In this document: in pieces, positions 58,101-64,000 of the stretch | Numbering within the stretch: position 1 is the stretch's first letter | Layout: the number at the start of each line of letters is the position of its first letter | DNA from: Chthoniobacterales bacterium | GTDB taxonomy: Bacteria > Verrucomicrobiota > Verrucomicrobiia > Chthoniobacterales > Chthoniobacteraceae | Assembly: GCA_038207335.1 (NCBI GenBank) | Contig: JBBQZX010000031.1 | Span: 1 to 64,000 of the forward strand | Length of the DNA: 64,000 nucleotides | Direction of reading: 5' to 3' | Translations under genes and position numbers: made by a program | Notes under the pieces: model-generated | Databases searched by the model: none | The model's input: the letters and a program-made list of their open reading frames with translations, nothing else | Told to the model about the DNA's origin: nothing

Positions 58101-58904
58101 CGCCGGCTGATAAACGCGGACATAATCCACGCGCATCTTCGTGGTGGAGGTGTCGAACGCGCCGTAACCGGCGGCGGGAATCGGGCCCGCCCAGTCCACG
58201 CTCGCGTCGCTCTGCACCTCGCTGCTCAGCCAGAGGTATTCGCTGCGGTTCGAGACCGGCGAGTTCGCCGCATTGTCCACCGTCCAGCGCAGCACGCCGT
58301 CGATGTAGAATTTCTGCTCCGCCGGCGACCACTCCATGCCGTAGATGTGATAGCCGCCGCCGAGGTCGAGATTCGGCGAAGTGTAGCCGGTGCTCTGGTG
58401 GTCCACGCCGTAGCCGCCCCAATGCAGATTGCCGACGATTTTGGCGTCGATGCTGGCGCTGTTCGAGTCCACCGTTCGGTGCTCGCAGATGTCGATTTCG
58501 CTGCCCGCAAGATTCGGGTCGGTCGTGTAAATGGACGAATCGCCCATCGTCGGACTTTGCATCCAAAAGGCCGACCACATGCCCGGCGAAGTGTCGTAGT
58601 CGATGCGCGCCTCGACGTAGCCGTAGGTGTAGAGAAACGTCGCCGCCGAAGCGACCATGCCGGTGAAATGGGTACCGCCTTTCGTGAAGGTGGTGATCGT
58701 CAGATTGCCGCCGCCCACGGCCACCGCGCCCGGCGTATTGGTCGCCTGCCGCCGGGGACCACAGAGGTAATGCTGCCACTTTCTCTGGTCGAGGCTGCTG
58801 CCCTCGAACTCATCGCTCCAAACCACCTTCCAGCCCGCCCCAGTCGGCGGCGCGGCCGCACACAGACAGGGGAGCAAGGCTAGGAGCAGGAGCAGGGGGC
58901 GCAT
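55128..58904 (-). CDS. Modular GH16 glycoside hydrolase + two CBM4/9-like + beta-sandwich/PKD-like + LamG + verrucomicrobial C-terminal domain
   Basis: WSDEF, YGYVEAR, WSAFW, catalytic EIDICE, YHIYGMEW, VDYVRVYQ; NGDF/NGQLE CBM starts; WSxVSGPG repeats; LamG WYHIALVFDG..LYVNG. Confidence 0.88.
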   Translation of the reverse strand: MRPLLLLLALLPCLCAAAPPTGAGWKVVWSDEFEGSSLDQRKWQHYLCGPRRQATNTPGAVAVGGGNLTITTFTKGGTHFTGMVASAATFLYTYGYVEARIDYDTSPGMWSAFWMQSPTMGDSSIYTTDPNLAGSEIDICEHRTVDSNSASIDAKIVGNLHWGGYGVDHQSTGYTSPNLDLGGGYHIYGMEWSPAEQKFYIDGVLRWTVDNAANSPVSNRSEYLWLSSEVQSDASVDWAGPIPAAGYGAFDTSTTKMRVDYVRVYQPAETVANGDFAGRLAPFDPTNQATWSSAGGKSGARAGKLAPTTAAGASLRQTLGGLMPDTGYTFSAWGNAGITSPSLFVGVEDHGFPTTGQTLTTNAYAQATVPFTTGASNRSATVVARANNAGSLAYVDDFLLRRNASVTNGQLETGDSDAWSSIYGGSVVAADGTSYGGDFSWKIPASAASAGLEQSIVGLSPSTAYRLTGWTTNGNAGLTFGVKNHGATQVTSTVAASAWTQATVNFTTGAAATGATVFAFRGSSAQTAYADAFFLSQPFAAPWAAADVGALALTGTSGRLGEKFVTQATGGNISGGSDRCHLIHQPLSGDGTLTALILGADIVSDVTKVGLMLRDSTAPNSRAVALTWNATTGRIDFLRRSTAGAGPAVTSTAAGSVPVAPWLRLTRRGSAFTPYWSADGVSWTRVDVPRTVTLSTAVFAGLVLATGDETRLGEAAFDKVSLTAAVPDVLITEPADSTTHAANGSSLRLVATLTGATGAAIQWSIVSGPGSVTFSNATTATTYATFSAPGIYQLRCAAANAVGTGTADLTIYVTPLSTTDSSLALHLKLDETSGTVATDSSGTSNHASTSGAVTWQPAGGKLQGAAVLDGSNAFLTVPDQASLDTTAAFTLSCWFKADTFNANSALLAKRVSDTSQNAYGILFGSGTNGGRFRIDINSNNDRFSSNTVFSTGAWYHIALVFDGTLPTAERAKLYVNGVLDVTAAETSTTVINSTAPMLIGRASETDTNFFDGMVDAVRFYRRALSVGEIAGLANESAVAAPIVSAGAAPAVVTQVAGSLAGSITAGNGAAPVAAWSKVSGPGTVTFGNAAQAATSVTFSQAGDYVLQLTATNSTAQTLATLTVTVARNPALFADWLALQWPGETNPAINGPTADPNGDGELNLYEYATAQNPNAATRALPGVVKNGANLEVTYTRANAALADGVTFTVEWSDTLASGSWSSVGVSEQLISDNGTVQTRKSTFPAGSTGKRFARLRVVK

Positions 58905-58917
58905 CGGGCAAGCCTTA

Positions 58918-60183
58918 TCATTGGGTTTCGATGACGAAGGCCGGACGCGAGAGCACACCTTTGGAGAGAGCGCCGTAGTGGTCGGAGCGCCAGAAGTCCT
59001 TGAGGTCGGCCGCCGTGATGAGCTGGAGGCCGGGCGTGGCGACGGCGGGATTGCAGAGGATGTAGAGGTTCTTGTCAGCAATGTAGCCGCATACGTTGAG
59101 CGTGTGGCCGGCGCTGCCGCCGGGGTATTGCGGGCCGATGTATTTGAAATCCACGACCACGGGCCGTCCGGCATCGAGTTCGCTTTTTAGAAAGGCGGTG
59201 GCTTCGTCAAAGCCCGAGTCGTCCGGCGTGAAAGTGATGAGCTTCCACTTCTGGCCGATCTTTTCCGAGGCACCCAAGAGGTCGCCCCAGTCGGTGCCGG
59301 TGCCGAGCGGCGATGGGCACAGGCGTTTGAAATCCCAGCCACCGAGTTTCGCGCCCTGAAAGCGCGCGAAGGTGGCACAGGCCGTGGAACCGCAGTTGTT
59401 GTAGCCTTGATAAATGTGCGGCATTTGCACGAAGGCAAACTTGCCCGGTTCGCCTTTGCGCTGCCGATATTCAATGAGTTTCAAAAGGTCAGACCCCTGC
59501 TGCGCGGAGGCGTTGCCGGACGGCTGAGCGGGATGGCCAGTGGGGCCGATGGGGAGCAGTTGGGAGGCGCGCGTCCAGTTCGCCTTCGCCGCGTCGAGTT
59601 CGCCGGTTTCGAACTGCATTTCGCCCAGCACCACGAGGCCGGCAGGGTCGTTTACCTCCGCCGCGCGCTCGGCAAGGCGGCGTGCCTCCGCCGCATCGGG
59701 CGCGACGCCCTCGCCGGAAAGCAGCACCATCGCCGCCGTGGAGGCCGCGCGCCCGTGGCCGCGTGCTGCGGCCTTTTTCCACCATTCCAGCGCCTTCGGG
59801 ATGTCCTGCTCCGTGCCCTGTGCGCCGAAGTAGCACTGGCCGAGATTGAACGCCGCCTGCGCCGATTTATTCGCCGCTGCCCTGAAGTAGCCGAAAGCAA
59901 TTCCCGGCTGACGCTCCACGACAGCACCACGCAGGTAAGTGAAGCCGACGAAATCCATCGCATCCGCGTTCCCCGCATCCGCCGCGCGATGCGCCCACTG
60001 CAACGCCAGCGCATCGTCCCTTGCGACACCCTTGCCGTCGCGGTAGCGAATGGCGAGTGCCACCTGAGCCGCGGCATCGCCGCCGTCAGCCTGAGCGGTG
60101 AGCGTTTTGAAATCCAGCGTTTCTTCAACAGACAGAACAGTTGCGGACATAAGCAGGGCAGCGGCGAATGCGGCGTACTTCAT
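58918..60183 (-). CDS. Sel1-like repeat protein fused to a C39/papain-like peptidase domain
   Basis: Signal peptide; SLR motifs AQVALAIRYRDGKGV, AAFNLGQCYFGAQG; Q-x4-C (QGYNNCG), LDAGRPVVV, GHTL..GY, NPA. Confidence 0.7.
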   Translation of the reverse strand: MKYAAFAAALLMSATVLSVEETLDFKTLTAQADGGDAAAQVALAIRYRDGKGVARDDALALQWAHRAADAGNADAMDFVGFTYLRGAVVERQPGIAFGYFRAAANKSAQAAFNLGQCYFGAQGTEQDIPKALEWWKKAAARGHGRAASTAAMVLLSGEGVAPDAAEARRLAERAAEVNDPAGLVVLGEMQFETGELDAAKANWTRASQLLPIGPTGHPAQPSGNASAQQGSDLLKLIEYRQRKGEPGKFAFVQMPHIYQGYNNCGSTACATFARFQGAKLGGWDFKRLCPSPLGTGTDWGDLLGASEKIGQKWKLITFTPDDSGFDEATAFLKSELDAGRPVVVDFKYIGPQYPGGSAGHTLNVCGYIADKNLYILCNPAVATPGLQLITAADLKDFWRSDHYGALSKGVLSRPAFVIETQ

Positions 60184-60340
60184 CTCGAAAGGGGTTTCAT
60201 TTTTTCTCCGCCAGCAGCCCGGTCATGGCCCAGCCGAAGCGGAGGCTGTTTGCACCCAAGTCTCTGCGTTGCGGTTGCGACGGCAGCCCAGATTCTTTGG
60301 CTGCACGTCCGGAGGCAGACGCCTTGACATGCTGTGCCGA

Positions 60341-63300
60341 TCAAGCATCCGTCCGGCGGCGACGACGCAGCCCGAGCAGCATGGCGGTGCCGCTCAACAG
60401 AGCCACCGCGGCGGAGGGCTCCGGGACGGCGGTGAGAATCACGTCGTTCGCATTGGTGCCGCCGTTGTAGGTGATGGAAAACATCTGCACGCCCGCGGTG
60501 AAGGTGTCGCCATTGTTGAGGGGCGTGCCATTGAAGGTGAAACGTCCCGATCCGGTCGTGGCCGCGAGGCCGGTGTTGTTGATCACGAGAAAGCTCATCG
60601 AGCCATCATCCGCCGGGTCGAAGGCGCCGAGGTTGAGGGTCAGGGGTGAATCGGAGGTGAGGCTCAAGGCGCCGGTGCTCAGTTGATCGTAGCCCGTCCC
60701 GGCCACCGGGCCGGTGATTTCCAAGGCGAAGGTGCCACCGTTGAAGTCCGTGCTGGACGCGGTGAAGATGCCGGGGCTTGCGCCGGGGGCGAGGGTTCCG
60801 CCCGCATTGAGCGTCACGGCGCCCGCCGCACCGGTGCCCGCGAGCGTGCCGCCACTGTTCACAGCGATGACCCCTGCGAAGCCGGTCGAGGTAAGGTCCA
60901 GCCTGCCAGTGCCACTCACGGCGGCAATGCTTCCGGCGATGGAACCGCTGATCCGCAAGGTGCCATCGGTGACGTTGGTCGCGCCGGTGAAGGCTTGCGT
61001 GCCCGAGAGGATCTGGGTGCCTGGACCCGTCTTCGTTACGGTTAGCGCTCCCGCGCCGTTGCCAATGTCGCCTGAGTAGCTGTGGTTCGCGCCCGAGACC
61101 GGATTCAACGTCAGGGCAGTCAGCCCCGAGTAGCCGCCGGAAGTGGTGGTGAAGACGGTAGCGAGATCCTTGTTACCTGTAAGGCCGCCCATGGACAGGG
61201 AAGTCATGGTGGTCCGGAGGCCGTTGGTCGCGTCACCCGTGATGCTGTTGAGGGTATCCAGCGGGCTCTGATTCACGGCTCCTGTGCTCCCCAAACTGAG
61301 GATGCCTCCCAGAATCTTGGTCGCGCCATAATATTGGTTGTTGGCGGTAAGGGTGAATGTCCCGGTGCCGTTCTTGGTCAGGCCGAAATTATTGCCATTC
61401 GTGGAGCCGGATATCGTGGAAGCGCTCACGGAAAACCCCGCCCCATTTCTACCGAGATTGCCCGAATACGTCGTGTCGGTGGAGCCATTGATCGTCAGGG
61501 TCGCCGCCGCAGAGGCATCGCTGTTAACGATCTCCTGGATTCGTAAAGTAGCTGCGGTGTTTGTCAGTCCGGCGAGGGTCTGATTGAACCCAAACAGGTT
61601 GAGTCCGATACCGCGCCCGCCGCCGGAGCCGGCGTTGCCAAGGATGTTCAATATGGTGGTGGTGGGCAGTGCGTTATCGACCCCCAGTTTCACGAACATC
61701 TGCCCGGAGGTCCCTGCGGTATTGTTGATCGTGGTGGTGCCGGAATAATTGTTGGCGGAATTCAGCGTGACGGTGAGGATGGCGTTGGTATTGACGACGT
61801 TGTTGAAGGTCACATTGCCGATGCCGCCAATGGCCCCGTTGATAATGAATTCGTTGAACGTCTGGAAGCCGTTGTTCACGCTGGGAGCGTTGATGGTCAC
61901 TTTTCCCGAGGTCGTGATCGGAGCGTAAACGGTGGTGGCGCCATTGATTTGATTCGTCCGCAGGGTCGCACCATTCGTCATGATGATGGCACTGGTTCCG
62001 TTGACACCCGGGCTATTGCCGCCTAGGGCGTTCGCGTTGGCAAGCAACAGTATGGTATTGTGGACGTTCGTGGCACCAGTGTAGGTGTTCGCTCCACCGA
62101 ATGCCACAGCACCGGGAGTGCCCGTTGATGCGGTGCCGACGATGGTGACTCCCGAAGCCCCCGCACCGTTGTCGGCGACGGGTGCGTTGATGGTGAGCCC
62201 GGCTGTGTTATCCATCGCGAGCACCAGATTCCGTTCCGAACCTATGATGACATTGCTGGCTCCCGTTCCAGCGTTGATGTTGACACTTTCTGTCGCCTTG
62301 ATCTGGACCACTGAATTTAGGGTCAAAGTGCCGCTGTTCGCTAAGGTGATGTTCGTGCCCGCCCCGGTAGCATTGAGCAGAAGGCCGTAAACGCTTGCCC
62401 CAGTGTTCGTGAGGGCGATGCTGCCAGCGTTAAGCTGGTAATACCCGGCCGGGTCAACGCCGGTGCCGACTGCAAGATTTCCGGCATTCGCTTTCAACAG
62501 AAGCTGGCCGCTGGAATTCACCGCAGCCACGCGGAGCGTCCCATTGACGCCACCCGCTACACGGTGAAAGACACCGGCATTGACAAAGGCCGTGCCCGAG
62601 CCCGGAAGGCTCGGGACGCTGCCGCCGGCGAAGATATTGACGATTTCCGTGGTAGAAGCGGTGGTCGTCCATGCCGTCGTGGGACTGAAAATCGTGCTGG
62701 AACCCGAATTCGCCGTGAGCGGACCGAGATTGAGCGTGGCGGAAGTGGCCAAAGCGCCCTTGGCAATGTTAATCGTATTTCTTCCCACGCCCAGCGAGGT
62801 GCTCGCGAAAGTCTGCGCGGTAGTGGCAGAGGCGAAGTTAATGCCGGTGATGGTGAGCGCACCATTATTGACCTGGAGGGCGTTGGCCGCGGCAATGAGG
62901 TCGGTCGGGGTGGCAAGATTATTGTAATCGAGCACCAGGAAGCCGGCACTAACATTCAGGCCACCGGTGAAGGAGTTGGCCGCATTGCCATTGAGCGCCA
63001 GGGTGCCCGCACCGAGCTTGGTCAGCCCCACGCTGCCGCCGACGGCGGTGCTGGTGTTGGCTCCGATGATGGCGCTGAGTCCGGTGCCGACGGTGATGTT
63101 ACCACCCGTGCCGCCGAGCGTGACGACGCCGCCGGTCCCGCTGAGGGTGACTGAACCATCCTTGAAGTTCAGGCTGCCGGCATTTTTGGCATTCGTGAGG
63201 CCGATGGTGTAAGCGCTGATGGCATCCGAGCCTGCGGAGAAAAAGAGATCGTCGGTGCTGGAGGTGGTGTAGGCGGAAGTCGCCGTGGCGCCGGTGGCAT

Positions 63301-63487
63301 CCGTGCTCCAAGTCGTGCCGCCCGTGCTCCAGAGACCGCTGGGCGTGGCACCGCCCGCCCCGGGTATCGCGCCGTCGATGTCCCAAAAATAGCTCGCGGC
63401 ACGCGCGGTTGGCGCGGCGAGCAGCGCTGCGAAAGGTCCGGCGAGGACGACGGCGGCGAGGGAGCGAAGGCGATTGGTGGGGAGCAT
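60341..63487 (-). CDS. PEP-CTERM surface protein with autotransporter-associated beta-strand repeats
   Basis: Signal peptide ending ARA; repeats LTKLGAGTL, LTKNGTGTFTL, VTKTGPGTQIL; GTLAPGASPG; C-terminus VPEPSAAVALLSGTAMLLGLRRRRR. Confidence 0.9.
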   Translation of the reverse strand: MLPTNRLRSLAAVVLAGPFAALLAAPTARAASYFWDIDGAIPGAGGATPSGLWSTGGTTWSTDATGATATSAYTTSSTDDLFFSAGSDAISAYTIGLTNAKNAGSLNFKDGSVTLSGTGGVVTLGGTGGNITVGTGLSAIIGANTSTAVGGSVGLTKLGAGTLALNGNAANSFTGGLNVSAGFLVLDYNNLATPTDLIAAANALQVNNGALTITGINFASATTAQTFASTSLGVGRNTINIAKGALATSATLNLGPLTANSGSSTIFSPTTAWTTTASTTEIVNIFAGGSVPSLPGSGTAFVNAGVFHRVAGGVNGTLRVAAVNSSGQLLLKANAGNLAVGTGVDPAGYYQLNAGSIALTNTGASVYGLLLNATGAGTNITLANSGTLTLNSVVQIKATESVNINAGTGASNVIIGSERNLVLAMDNTAGLTINAPVADNGAGASGVTIVGTASTGTPGAVAFGGANTYTGATNVHNTILLLANANALGGNSPGVNGTSAIIMTNGATLRTNQINGATTVYAPITTSGKVTINAPSVNNGFQTFNEFIINGAIGGIGNVTFNNVVNTNAILTVTLNSANNYSGTTTINNTAGTSGQMFVKLGVDNALPTTTILNILGNAGSGGGRGIGLNLFGFNQTLAGLTNTAATLRIQEIVNSDASAAATLTINGSTDTTYSGNLGRNGAGFSVSASTISGSTNGNNFGLTKNGTGTFTLTANNQYYGATKILGGILSLGSTGAVNQSPLDTLNSITGDATNGLRTTMTSLSMGGLTGNKDLATVFTTTSGGYSGLTALTLNPVSGANHSYSGDIGNGAGALTVTKTGPGTQILSGTQAFTGATNVTDGTLRISGSIAGSIAAVSGTGRLDLTSTGFAGVIAVNSGGTLAGTGAAGAVTLNAGGTLAPGASPGIFTASSTDFNGGTFALEITGPVAGTGYDQLSTGALSLTSDSPLTLNLGAFDPADDGSMSFLVINNTGLAATTGSGRFTFNGTPLNNGDTFTAGVQMFSITYNGGTNANDVILTAVPEPSAAVALLSGTAMLLGLRRRRRTDA

Positions 63488-63527
63488 AGTGGGTTTTCTG
63501 AGTTTGAGTGGAGACCTTCCGCACGAT

Positions 63528-63590
63528 TTTTGCAGGGATGCAAAATATCTCATCATCGACAACCTACCCCTTTTTAGGTAAAGTCTACCC
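63528..63590. promoter_or_regulatory. Divergent promoter region with palindromes (candidate operators)
   Basis: TTTTGCA-ggga-TGCAAAA (63528-63545); ACCTA-N8-TAGGT (63562-63579); GGTA-N5-TACC (63577-63589). Confidence 0.5.
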
Positions 63591-64000
63591 ATGCCTTTCC
63601 TGCGCGCGCTTTCCGTCTCCGAGCAGGTGGCCGCGCACTTGCGGGCCGAGCTGGAGCGGGGCCGCTGGAGCGGGACGATCCCCGGGGTGAATCAACTGGC
63701 TGCGGATATCGGGCTCAACCACAAGACGATCGCGGCGGCGCTCCGGCAGCTCGAGCGCGAGGGGCTGCTCGTGGGGCAGGGCCAGGGTCGCAATCGCCTC
63801 ATCGTGCCGCCCGACGAAAAGGCCGCCCGCTCGCTGCGGGTCGCCTTGCTTCACTATGAGCCTGAAACGCTGGACGAGGGATACGTCGTCAGATTGCAGC
63901 ATTTGCTCCTGGACGCGGGCCATGCGGCCTTTTTCACCGAAAAATCGCTGCTGGAGCTGAGCATGGAGCAGACGCGCATCAGCCGTCTCGTCAAGCGAAC
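63591..64000 (+). CDS. GntR-type wHTH transcriptional regulator (probably with a LacI-like sensor domain), truncated by the window end
   Basis: Own translation: MPFLRALSVSEQVAAHLRAELERGRWSGTIPGVNQLAADIGLNHKTIAAALRQLEREGLL; open to the window end; absent from the ORF track. Confidence 0.8.
   Translation, partial: MPFLRALSVSEQVAAHLRAELERGRWSGTIPGVNQLAADIGLNHKTIAAALRQLEREGLLVGQGQGRNRLIVPPDEKAARSLRVALLHYEPETLDEGYVVRLQHLLLDAGHAAFFTEKSLLELSMEQTRISRLVKR

Noticed and set aside
58918..60183. RiPP/bacteriocin cluster implied by the C39-like domain
   Set aside because: No precursor peptide, ABC transporter or modification enzyme nearby.
60184..60340. Riboswitch (e.g. c-di-AMP) between the PEP-CTERM and Sel1 genes
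   Set aside because: Only short GC hairpins; no match to riboswitch consensus features I can recognise.

Overview
GC-rich bacterial DNA, most likely Verrucomicrobiota (Chthoniobacter/Spartobacteria-like). This is inferred from the PEP-CTERM proteins with autotransporter-type repeats, PVC-type cytochrome/propeller proteins and many sulfatases. The window has two parts. (1) 1-24.7 kb is core genome: hrpB, a pseudouridine synthase, dxs, xseB, a GT-C glycosyltransferase, an NtrC-type sigma54 activator, tadA, rplS-rnhB-yraN, ppk1, dGTPase, one PEP-CTERM protein, folP-cdaA-(mini cdaR)-glmM-bioD and tRNA-Pro(TGG). (2) 24.8-64 kb is an accessory glycan-degradation region: a GH140-like gene and a pseudogene, then about 21 co-oriented minus-strand genes for exported proteins. 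These include 4 sulfatases, 4 esterases, GH16, GH50-like and lyase-like enzymes, 2 peptidases, a DUF6288-like protein and c-type cytochrome/beta-propeller proteins. The cluster is headed by a PEP-CTERM gene with a divergent wHTH regulator and has no SusC/SusD or other transporter in the window. The best candidate for an undescribed system is a cytochrome c + DUF6797-like domain + six-bladed-propeller module that occurs twice in the cluster, once fused with a LamG lectin-like domain and once split into a pentaheme cytochrome plus a propeller gene. This suggests an extracytoplasmic carbohydrate-oxidising redox system. Also seen: two near-consensus sigma54 promoters, a motif shared upstream of both PEP-CTERM genes, REP-like repeats with covarying stems, and local G/C skew patches. 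Family names come from motif recognition only; no searches were run.
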